From Octopus sinensis (taxonomy: Eukaryota): DNA of 64,000 nucleotides. The notes under the pieces are model-generated. The model was not told the origin of the DNA. It did no database searches and was given only the letters and a program-made list of their open reading frames with translations. The translations under genes and the position numbers were made by a program. This document shows positions 1-10,240 of the stretch, piece after piece (positions within the stretch are counted from its first letter, which is position 1; every line of letters starts with the position of its first letter). The DNA lies in the NCBI RefSeq assembly GCF_006345805.1, contig NC_043001.1, forward strand, positions 682,001 to 746,000. Reading direction: 5' to 3'.

Positions 1-1632
1 AAAACATTTACCATTCTGTCATTTTTTTAATTTTGGCAAGTGGTGTATTATAGAATTACATTGTCTAATGTATATCTTTTCACTTTATAATCCTTTATCA
101 TGTGATTGAAAGAGATTTAGCTGCTATTTCTTGCAGAATGAACAGCCATTTTGATCGTCTCTGGATCAAAATAATCTAAATTTACATTTCAGCCATTTCC
201 CACCTGCTTTCATGAAAGCATAAATTCATGGGTATTTTATTGAACTCTCAGAGCTATAAAATTTTTCTATAATTTAGCTGAAAATAATTGGTGTTTAGCA
301 TAAAAGATAATTATACATATATATATATATGTATATATATATAGTCTCACATTAGGCAGACTTGTATTTCAAACTGACAAAATAGTTGGAACCTGAAGTA
401 ATAATAATAATGAAAAAAAGATAGAATTTTTAAAGTTTTCCAAAGTTACTGTAGACTATGTTATTAAATTGAATAGTTAGTAACAATAGATAAATTATAA
501 AATATATTTTTATTCAGCAATTATCCAGGGAAAATACATGTTATCTTCTTGATGCTTTCCCTGCTTCCTCCAACTTTTTGTTTAATACTGAAAATAGTAC
601 TTTTATGTTTATTTTCCTTTCCTGATTATTTTATACATTTTGGTCTCCAGAATGTCCAAATATTGTAGAATTCCGATCAAAGACTAGAAATAAATTATTG
701 CCTTTCTATGGCCACCTCCCATAAATCAATGCCAACTGTCTTGAAGCATGACAGTAGAGAAGAAGGGGATGCCATAATATTGCTTCCTGTTTGATTAAAC
801 ACAAAAGACTCAGTTATTTTTGGTAGTGGAAGAGATAACAAGAGGATATTGTAATAATATTAAAGTCTTTTTCAATGACTTCAGCTTTTTTAATACCAAC
901 CCAGTAGAGTTCCCTTACTGAAGAAATGTCCATATTAAAATAAAAACCTCAATAAAGTCTCTTTATAATGTGAAGGAGTAATTTGAATTGGTTAGGGTTA
1001 GCCTGACATAGTTGTTAGATGAAAGGAAATAATTGACGTCATTATCCTACAAAGCCTTTCAAATGACAGGATGGCCATGGCTAGACTTCTTCTAACCATA
1101 GGTCTGTTTCATCATGGGTGACCTTCATCAAACAACAAGCCACATGAAGAGAGAGAAAGACAGATAGATAAATAGCTAATCTGTGTATATTATAAATGCA
1201 AAACAACACCACAGAGGGATCAATGTAAACTTAAATGATAAACCTTGATAGGTGAACAGTGATAGGTAATCTGCAAAAATGGTGAGGGATTACTGTATAT
1301 ATAAATTTATATTGTGGACTCAGTATATAGCAGGTTTCTCTGGCCGATGAGTATTTATATTTTTTTAGATTTTAATTATTTCTGTAGTAAAATAAGAATG
1401 TTCATGCCTAAAAATTGATAAATTAATAAATATAAATACAATACAGTCCTGCTGTGTATAACACATTAATTAAAATACGTAATGTACTGCAGATGATTAA
1501 ACAAAGAGTCACACATACTGTATGCAAAACAAAAGTAGGAAGGTGGAGTGTGTGCTGTTGTTTTGCATTCATATTAATATATATATATTTTTTTTTCTCT
1601 CTTTGTTTCTCTCCTTGTTTCTTTTCTGTGTA

Positions 1633-1670
1633 TCTTTCTGTCGAAGAGCGTAGGCTCGAAACGTAAAAGA
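1633..1670 (+). ncRNA. Minimal type-I hammerhead ribozyme-like motif (core variant CUGUCGA) in a short interspersed repeat spanning ~1600-1770
   Basis: Stem I TCTTT/AAAGA; core CTGTCGA plus extra A; stem II GAGC-gtag-GCTC; GAAA; palindromic stem III ACGT; cleavage-site UA. Related sequence recurs at 5835-5955 (-) and 53700-53790 (-). Confidence 0.7.
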
Positions 1671-1789
1671 CTTTTTCTATTTCTATTCCTGAACGCTATA
1701 CTAATACATTTGTTTGTTTGTACTCCACCTGCCTTCGTCTTTTGTTTATTTTCGTAAACTTTCCTGTTTATATATATATATATATAAAA

Positions 1790-2072
1790 AATTGCAGCGT
1801 GGAGGGTGTTTATAAGCCATTTAAGAAACACACAAAACCGTTAGATTCACTTCAACATTTAAATTTAATTTGGCAAAATATTTTCATCGCTTTGAGACCG
1901 CGACCTATTCACTGGCAAAGCTTCGTGCTGCATCAATAAAGCTTTGTCAGTGAACAGGTCGTGGTCTCAAAGTGACGAAAGTATTTTGACAAATTAAATT
2001 TAAATGTTGAAGTGAATCTAACGGTTTTGTGTGTTTCTTAAATGGCTTATAAACACCTTCCATGCTGCAATT
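1790..2072. repeat. Fold-back inverted repeat with 134-bp arms (1790-1923 / 1939-2072) and 15-nt loop; probable Penelope-like pLTR-type element continuing to ~2125
   Basis: Arms are reverse complements (AATTGCAGCGTGGAGGGTGTTTATAAGCC... vs ...GGCTTATAAACACCTTCCATGCTGCAATT) with scattered mismatches; each arm contains a hammerhead-like fold. Confidence 0.9.
1943..1993 (+). ncRNA. Minimal type-I hammerhead-like motif with G3:C8-swapped core (GUGAACA)
   Basis: Stem I TTTGTCA/TGACAAA (7 bp); core GTGAACA plus extra G; stem II GTCGT/GTGAC; GAAA; stem III A-gtat-T; cleavage-site UU. The mirror copy on the - strand in the left arm has core GTGAATA, stem II GTCGC/GCGAT and palindromic AATATT. Confidence 0.65.
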
Positions 2073-2124
2073 GTTTTCGTTCCAGCACACGATCTCAGAT
2101 CAAGTCACTTGCTATGCAAGTACA

Positions 2125-2197
<73 letters not shown>

Positions 2198-2670
2198 AAG
2201 AAAGAAAGGAGAGGAGAGAAGAGAAGAGGAGAGGAGAGAGGGAGAGGGAGGGAGAGAAGGGAGAGAAAGGGAGATTTGTTAATTCCTTTCAAATCATAAT
2301 TATAGGAAAATAATTCCAACACAAAGGCTCATTAGAAACAGAAAAATAAGAAGGGTTGTTTTCGTCCAGCACAGCGACCGATCTCAGATCAAGTCACTTG
2401 CTATGCAGTACATTCTCTCTCTCTCTCTCTCTCTCTATTATATAATATATATTAGAGAGAGAGAAGAGAGAGAGAGAGAGGAAGGGGAAGAAAGGGAGAG
2501 AAAAGGAGAGAGAGAGGGAGAGAGGGAGAGAAAAGGGAGAGAGAAAGGGAGAGAAAGGGAGAGAGAGAGAGAGTGAGAGAGAGTGAGATTTTGTTAAATT
2601 CCTTTCAAATCATAATTATAGGAAAATAATTCCAACACAAAGGCTCATTAGAAACAGAAACATAAGAGGG
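2071..2670. repeat. Local tandem duplication of a ~290-bp unit (about 2071-2352 and 2356-2670) containing CT/TA/GA microsatellites
   Basis: GATCTCAGATCAAGTCACTTGCTATGCA and TTCCTTTCAAATCATAATTATAGGAAAATAATTCCAACACAAAGGCTCATTAGAAACAGAAA each occur twice. Confidence 0.85.
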
Positions 2671-2954
2671 TGAAAAAGTGAAAAAGCATCTACAGGGATT
2701 GAAAGCATGACAATCTTGGTTTAGAGGAAACTTCCCTGCCTTTTGTTTTATAGTATTTCACATTGTAGAGACACAAGTCCTAAATATGCGGTGCAGGCTG
2801 AGGAGGGGAGAAACAGTAAATTGAACAGAACCTAGCAGATAACTGGTATCTTTTTATCAACTCTCAAAAAGATGAATAGCAAAAGTTGACCCTGACCTGA
2901 TTCTCAATCAAGGATTTGCTGTTGAACTTATAAAGTTTGAGCATATTCATATGC

Positions 2955-2988
<34 letters not shown>

Positions 2989-3028
2989 ATGGGCCAACAG
3001 GTTTTTGGGATATGATGACATGCCATAA

Positions 3029-3155
3029 AGCTAAACCCTTTATGGACAGGAAACCTAACATAATCCCCTTAACTAGTCTTCCCCATTTTTAATATATACT
3101 GCTCTACATCTTAGAGTGTGCTCCTTCTTTCAGATTTGTTTTCTACAAACAATAC
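3029..3155 (+). repeat. Unclassified ~130-bp dispersed repeat (copy 1)
   Basis: Shares CTAAACCCTTTAT...CTTCCCCATTTTTAATATATACTGCTCTACATCTTAGAGTGTGCT...TTTTCTACAAACAATACACAC with 55196-55325. Confidence 0.8.
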
Positions 3156-3167
3156 ACACACACACAC

Positions 3168-4092
3168 GCTGGTGACAAATGGCTTCTTACTCAGAGTTAA
3201 AGGTAGACTGTATGACGCATGTGTGCAAACAGCCATATACTACATGGCAGTGAAACATGGGCCATGACTGCTGAGGACATGCATAAGCTTGTAAGGAATG
3301 AAGTTAGTATGTTCCACTGGATGTGTAATGTCAGTGTGCACACACAACAGAGTGTAAGCACTCTGAGAGAAAAGTTGGATTGAAGAAGCATCAGATGTGG
3401 TGTGCAAGAGAGATGACTGCACTGGTATGGTCATGTATCGCGTATGAATGAGGACAACTGTGTAAAAAAGTGTCACACCCTAGCAGTTGAGGGAAATTGT
3501 GGAAGAGGAAGACCCAGGAAGGCCTGGGATGAAGTGTTGAAGCATGACCTTCAAATGTTGGGCCTCACCAAGGCAATGACAAGTGACCGAGACCTTTGGA
3601 GATATGCTGTGCTTGAGAAAACCTGGCAAGCCAAGTGAGACCATAACCATGGCCTATGCTGCCAGTGCAGCTTAAACAGCCCATTTAAAAGTACCCTTCA
3701 ATCATTGGGCAATAAACTGCGCTTATGAAGACCTATTCAGGCAAGTGAAGTCGTTGTCATGGCCCATAACAGTACCGCTTGGTTGGCACCCATGCCGGTG
3801 GCATGTAAAAAGCACCACTCAAGCATGGTCAATGCCAGTGCTGCCTGACTGGTCCCGTGCTGGTGCAATGTAAAACCCACCATTCAAGCATGATCATTAC
3901 TAGTGCTGCCTGACTGACCCTTGTGCCAGTGGCATTTAAAAAGCACTCCCTACACTCTTGGCGTGGTTGGCATTAAGAAGCGTATCCAGTTGTAGAGAAC
4001 TTACCGGATTGGATTGGAGCCTGGTGCAGCCTTCTGGTTTGCAAGCCCCCAGTCAAACCATCCAACCCATGCCAACATGGAAAGCAGACGTA
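3168..4092 (+). mobile_element. 5'-truncated, decayed RTE-clade LINE (ORF C-terminus plus 3' UTR)
   Basis: Translates RVKGRLYDACV...HGSETW and VEGNCGRGRPRKAWDEVLKHDL; 3' UTR with repeated GTGCCGGTGGCAYGTAAAAAGCAC units shared with other copies. Confidence 0.85.
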
Positions 4093-5353
4093 ATTGCTGG
4101 CCTTGTGAATAAATTAGTAACCCTTATTTATAGTTTGCTTAATCCTCTCTCGAATTTCTCTCAGCAGATTAGTACCATTATTCCTTTATTTTTACAATTC
4201 ATGTATTTGTCTGTTTATCTCTGCTCTTCTCCCTCCTATTAGTTCTCACTTTTTCAGCCTCTCTATTCTTCTAATATTCCTTTACTATCTTCCTTCTGTT
4301 ACCATTTCCCTCCTCCCTCCTCTCTCACCTTCTCCTTCTTTCCGTCTTACCATAACTTCCTCTCTTCTTCCCCAGTTACCATTCTCTCATTCCTAAACCT
4401 CCCTTCCTACAGCTCTCTCCTCTCACCATTCCTCATCTCCCTCTTTTACTATCTTTCCCTCTTGTGTTATCAATCTTCCATCTCCCCCACTCTCTCCCTC
4501 TTGCTTTGATTCACTCCCTCCCTCCTTGTCTTCACAAAATAAATACTTTCTTGGGTCAGACTCCAGTAATTTCAATGTAACCAATGAAAAGCTAGCACAA
4601 CAAAAGTCCCATTTAGCCGCATGTTGTGTGAGTGAAGAACCAGTCACACAGAGAAATATAGGTTGGCAACTAACGATAGCAAAAGCTTTACGTGCAATGT
4701 TACACCAACTAAACTAAAGTAAAGTAAAATCTACATACCAACTAAACTAACCAAAGAAATTACTAAAAATTAACTCAAAACTAACATTGTTCCTGAAATT
4801 AAAGTAACCGCACATGAAAATAGTCATGTTTGGAACTTGCTGCATTCTTCAACCAAATTCTGAAAGTTGGTATTTAATCTATTTATATTTCCAACTGTTA
4901 ATTATGTGCGTGCGCGTGTGTGTGAACATATATATATAGTCTTGTAGCACTAATAATAATGACTCCTGATTAAGGCCCAAGGCCAGCAAGCTGGGGGTGG
5001 GGTGGGCAAGTCAATTACGTCAACTCCAGTACATGACTGGTACTTTATTGTCTTGACTCTGAAAGGATGAGACACAACTAGTGATTTTTTTTCATTAAAA
5101 ATAACGAATAATTATATACAAATACATAAATACAAACACACACACACACACACATATTTGTAAGTGGAGGCATGATTGTTTGGTAGGAAGTTTACTTTTC
5201 AACCATACAGTTTCAGGTTCAGTCCCACTGCACCGTACCTTGGACAAGAGTTTTCCACTTTAGCTCCATGTCCAATTAAAACTTTATGACTTGTGAGTAG
5301 ATTTTGCAGATGGAAACTGAAAGAAGCCAGTCACACACACACACACAAATGTA

Positions 5354-5522
5354 GGTGCAGGAGTGGCTGTGTGGTAAGAAGCTTGCTTCCCAACCACATG
5401 GTTCTGGGTTTAGTCCCACTGTGTGGCACCTTAGGCAAGTGTCTTCTACTATAGCTTTTGGCCAACCAAAGCCTTGTGAGTGGATTTGGCTGATGGAAAC
5501 TGAAAGAAGCCTGTGTATATAT

Positions 5523-5571
<49 letters not shown>

Positions 5572-5798
5572 ATATATGATATGTATGTTTTTTTGTATGT
5601 CTGAGTTTTGTCCGCCATCATCACTTGACAACTAATGTTGGTGTGTTTACGTCCCTGTAACTTAGCAGTTTGGCAAAAGAGGCTGATAGAATAAGTACTA
5701 GGCTTACAAAGAATAAGTCCTTGGGTCGATGTATTCGACTAAAGACAGTGCTCCAGCATGGCTGCGGTCAAATGACTGAAACAAGTAAAAGAATAAAA
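5354..5798 (+). mobile_element. tRNA-derived SINE family A, full length with internal (TA)n; degenerate copy just upstream at ~5165-5330
   Basis: Pol III-like head GGTGCAGGAGTGGCTGTGTGGTAAGAAG...GGGTTTAGTCCC; body and 3' end (GTGCTCCAGCATGGCTGCGGTCAAATGACTGAAACAAGTAAAAG) match 43836-44300 and 60769-61150. Confidence 0.85.
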
Positions 5799-5834
5799 GA
5801 AAGTATGTGTGTGTGATATATATATGCATAGCTG

Positions 5835-5955
5835 AAATTTATAGCAAAACAAAAGATGAAGATAGGTGTATGAACAGCAAGAAAGTGTATTAGTTTGATG
5901 CTTGGGAAAAATGAAGAAATCTTTAATGTTTTGAGCCTGACTCTTCAGCAGAAAG
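5835..5955 (-). repeat. Decayed copy of the 1600-1770 hammerhead-bearing repeat
   Basis: The - strand reads CTTTCTGCTGAAGAGTCAGGCTCAAAACATTAAAG, a degenerate form of CTTTCTGTCGAAGAGCGTAGGCTCGAAACGTAAAAG; the adjacent ACAAAAGAYGAAGRYAGGTG...TGTATTAGT is also shared. Confidence 0.7.
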
Positions 5956-6069
5956 GAATAAAATAAAATAAAAGAGAGAGAAAAAAAAAGAAAAGATGAA
6001 AAAATATATATACACTGGGTACGGATGGTATTTGTTTGCAATTTTGGACAACTAATTTTAATCATATTT

Positions 6070-6470
6070 TTTTTACTTTCATTTCCTTCTTAAAAATAAC
6101 CATTTTTATTTTATCTTGTTGCAGAATAATTGGCTATAGAAAGTTTTGAACTCCCCAATGCATGGAAGGGGCATGGAATCCTCCTTGGAATCCATTCCAG
6201 AAGGACAAACAAGGAGATTTCAGACTTCCTCAATGTCAACAGAAGGACAGTGAAAAAGGTCAGAAAGAGTTGGAAGATTCAGAATTTGACCACAAGGTGG
6301 CAGCAGAGAGGAAAAGCCATGATTGATGATCTGATGCCATGTGAATGCCAGAATTCCTTGATGAAATCCAGGAGATCGTCAGCTATGATCTCAAAAAGTC
6401 AATGTGTTGATTGCAGGGTAGAAAGATGTGGATGAAAAGCACATCGGGCTGGTGGAAAACTCAGGCCTGG
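6070..6470 (+). mobile_element. Tc1/mariner-superfamily transposase N-terminal (HTH) remnant, likely DD37D/maT-type
   Basis: WKGHGILLGIHSRRTNKEISDFLNVNRRTVKKVRK resembles a Tc1-type HTH; truncated by the adjacent RTE copy. Confidence 0.55.
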
Positions 6471-6501
6471 TTGTCAGAGAATTTCTTTGAACACACAGCA
6501 T

Positions 6502-7174
6502 CTGGTATGGCCATGTACTGCGGATGGATGAGGAGAGATGTGTGAAGAAGTGCCGCTCCCAAACAGTTGAAGGTATCAGGGAGAGAGGTAGACCCAGGAA
6601 GACATGGGATGAGGTAGTCAAGCATGACCTCAGAGCGTTAGGCCTCACAGAGGCAATGACGAAGGACCAAGATCTCTGGAGATATGCTGTGACTGCAAAG
6701 ACCCAGGCTGCTTCCTGCACCAGTTCTGCATAGCCCCAGCCCATTCAAAGTACCTTGGATTTCAGAACAACCCGCTGTGCTTGAGGAGACCTATTGAGTC
6801 AAGTACATGAACATCGAAATAAATATCAATGGAAATAGTAGCTGTGATACCTGTGCCGGTGGCACGTAAAAGGCACCATCCGAATGTGGCCGATGCCAGC
6901 GCCGACTTGACTGGCTTCCATGCCGGTGGCACGTAAAAAGCACCATCCGATCGTGGCCACTGCCAGGCTCCCCTGGTACCTGTGCCGGTGGCATGTAAAA
7001 AGCACCCACTACACTCACGGAGTGGTTGGTGTTAGGAAGGGCATCCAGCTGTAGAAACACTGCCAGATCAGACTGGAGCCTGGTGCAGCCTCCTGGCTTC
7101 CCAGACCCCGGTCAAACCGTCCAACCCGTGCTAGCACAGAAAACAGACGTTAAACGACAACGATGATGATGATG
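6502..7174 (+). mobile_element. 5'-truncated RTE LINE (same family as 3168-4092)
   Basis: WYGHVLRMDEERCVKK...RGRPRKTWDEVVKHDL; 3' UTR with three internal repeat units; ends GACGTTAAAC...(GAT)n. Confidence 0.9.
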
Positions 7175-7517
7175 TTTATAAAACATCCACTTTTCCTTGC
7201 TTGGTTGGGTCTGATGGAATTTGTTGAGGGAGGTTTTCTGCAGTTGGCTGCCCTTCCTGTCACCAACCTTCACCTAGTATCAAGTAAGGTGATATTTCTC
7301 CATGGCCAGACATGTTTTTATGGAAGAGTGGAAACAAAGGACACTGATTATATGATGATGATACTCATTTGCAACTATCATGTGATGTCCAGACAAGAAA
7401 ACACTAATACATTCATACACCCCACCCCATACTTACACACACAACATTAAGATAAAAGATGGAGAATTGCACATCTACAAAACTTGTTTATTACAGTGAT
7501 ATATACGTACATGTGTA

Positions 7518-7553
<36 letters not shown>

Positions 7554-7802
7554 TATGTATATGTAAAGGAAAAAAGGAATACGAAAAATAGTTCAAGAAT
7601 GCAAAGCATCCAGACAGCTGCTACAAAAAAGGGACAAGAAAAAACAAGGACGGGTCATTTGGAGTTTTCTTTCCTCTGTCGAGTTCCAGATTATCTATAT
7701 CTATATATATCCATATCTCTCTCTATATATATATGTATAGAGAGAGAGAGAGAGAGAGAGAGAGATGTATGTATGTATATGCATGTATTGATACACACAC
7801 AC

Positions 7803-7955
7803 ACGATGGGCTTCTGTTAGTTTCCCCTCTACCAAATCCACTGAAAAGACTTTTGTTGGCCTGGGGCAATAGTAGAAGACATTTGCTCAAGCTGCACAAC
7901 AGTGGGGCTGAACCCAAAATCAAGTGGCTGGGAAGTAACGTTCTCACCCACACAA
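7803..7955 (-). mobile_element. SINE family A 5' half
   Basis: Reverse complement matches the head/body of 5354-5515. Confidence 0.7.
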
Positions 7956-8389
7956 CCACAGAAAGACAAATAATGAGAACAAGCAGCAAAACAACATAGT
8001 GAGAAGAGGAAAGGCAGCCGCAAGATTGGTTTTCAAGGTACCAGACTTTGGCAAATCATAGAAAGGTAGCTATACTCAAGTATTACACATTAGTGAAATA
8101 CTTGCAAAAGAGTAAATTGTAGTAAAGGTTCTAACCCTAACCCCAACTCAGCTGAATATAGTTTGGTAAAATGGCTGTTTGGATGACAGGAAGAGAAAAG
8201 AAAACAATGCTACAGTATGGGCCAAAAGGACTGAGATATTTGGTGGTTGCTTCAATATTTGACATTGTTGCAAGAATGATTACTGGCAGAAGGTACCAAA
8301 ATCATGACCTTCCCACCACCCAATCGACAACTGATGCTAGAATCCTACAATGCGAGCTTTATGTTAAATGTAATCTCAATCTCATAAAT

Positions 8390-8745
8390 CTAGGAACATG
8401 GCTGCGAGGTTAAAAAGCTGGACTTGCAGCCACGTACTTTTGGATTCAGTGTAGTACCTTGAGCAAGTTTCTTCTGCTATAGTCCCAGAGTGACAAAAGC
8501 CTGGTGAGGGAATTTTATTGATGGAAATTGTAAGCAAGCTCATTGTGTGTGTGTGTGTATGCCTTTGTGGTTGGGTTATCTTTGTTCCCTCACCACTGCC
8601 TTATAGCTGGTGTTATGTTCCCATAACTTAGTGGTTCAGCAAAAAGAGACTGATATAATTAATACTGGACTTTAAAAAACAAACATTTCAAGATGGTGCC
8701 CCAGCATGGTCGCAATCCAATGACTGGAATGAGTAAAAGATAAAA
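8390..8745 (+). mobile_element. Degenerate SINE family A
   Basis: GGATTCAGT...GGCAAG-like body and GTGCCCCAGCATGGTCGCAATCCAATGACTG 3' end. Confidence 0.6.
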
Positions 8746-9939
8746 AAAATAAATAAATCTCCCCTTTGTCTTCCGTTCTTTCAGGGTTGATAAAGTACCA
8801 GTCGGGAACTGGGTTTAATTTATTTCTCTGTTTCCTTTTATGAATGCACTGTGAGAAAAGTGTGGGGGACAACTTTCCTTCATGGCTGGCCACTTCTATT
8901 CAATCACACTGGAGTGGGATGAATGAAGATCATTGAGGGTCCATGCTACAGGAAGAGGACGATATGTATTTATTGTAGAGATTCCTCTTGCTTATCGCAA
9001 GATTGGTTTATAAAATGTGACACTAAGGCTGTAACTGCTATGAATTCAACCCTAACATGGAAAGTTTTCAGTAGAAAGAAAAGAAAAAAAGAAAACAATT
9101 GTAAGAAAATGATTTCGAGTGTTAAAGTGTAGAAATAAAAGAGAAGAAGGAATTGAAAAGTGCAGTAAGGTGAGAAAAGTATCTTTGATAGTTTGAATAT
9201 CTTTGATGAGAAAATAAAAACGAGAAATGTAAGGAAAGATGAAGAAAAAAAGCATTGAATATTTGTCTGCAACGCAAAAAGGAAAGGATGACTTTGTAAT
9301 TATAGAGACAGGATTCTGTACGGAAAGAGAATAATTTTGATCGTACTCAAATCAATTTATGCATTTTAAATCTATTTAAAATATGTGTCTATCAATATAA
9401 TAAAAAAATAATGGAGGAAAACATTGTAATTTTGAACTATAAAGAAAGCATATTATCTATGCATTTATTGCCTGTCAGGCAACTGGGAGATTTTTGTGAG
9501 AACGAGAGTAGAGTCTAGAACCCATAATAGTACTTAGAAAAGTATTTATTTTATTAATCCCAGTGGAATAGAGTTATGAAATTTTAAATCTTAATGCAGT
9601 AACAGTAAAAGCTAGCAGACAGAAAGAGCAAGGAGAGAAACTGATAAAAACAATCATTTTAACCCTCTACTGTTCCAACAACTGCACACCTTTTTATTTA
9701 TTTATTCTTACTAGAACATGTACTTGGGAATAATTTCTCTCCAGTCTTCTTTGAGTGTGAGCTGGTAACAAATGAAAATTCCATTTTGTATCAAGCAATA
9801 TTTTAAGCCAACAATGGAACTTTGACATAATCACACAACCTGAGAGAAATCTTTCTCTAATCCCAGCCAAGCATCTTAACAACAACAAAAATAAATAAAA
9901 AAGACACAAATATAATAATCTGAGATACAATGGTGACAT

Positions 9940-10140
9940 GGAAAAAGCACCAGTGTTGGTGCCACATAAAAAGCCTCACTCTGTAAAGTGGTTGGCATTA
10001 GGAAGAGCATCTGACTATAGAAACCATCCCAATACAGACGAGGGGAGCCTGGTGCAGTGCTGCAGCTGGCCAGTTCCTGCCAAACAGTCCAACCCATGCC
10101 AGCATGGAAAACAAACATTAAATGATGATGATGATGATCA
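9940..10140 (+). mobile_element. RTE 3'-tail-only fragment
   Basis: GTGGTTGGCATTAGGAAGAGCATC...CCAACCCATGCCAGCATGGAAAAC...(GAT)n. Confidence 0.7.
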
Positions 10141-10240
10141 TCATAACACTATGTTGGAATAATGATGGGGTGGTCATGTCTGGAACATTTTTCATAATTG
10201 ATCTACTCAATCAATACTGATCTAGCTTAAATAAACCTCA

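Noticed and set aside
989-1001. TTAGGG-like dimers (also ~8131 and ~33697)
   Set aside because: Only about two units each, expected by chance; not an interstitial telomere array.
5354-5430. tRNA gene
   Set aside because: A/B-box-like head continues into a multi-copy SINE body; no full cloverleaf.
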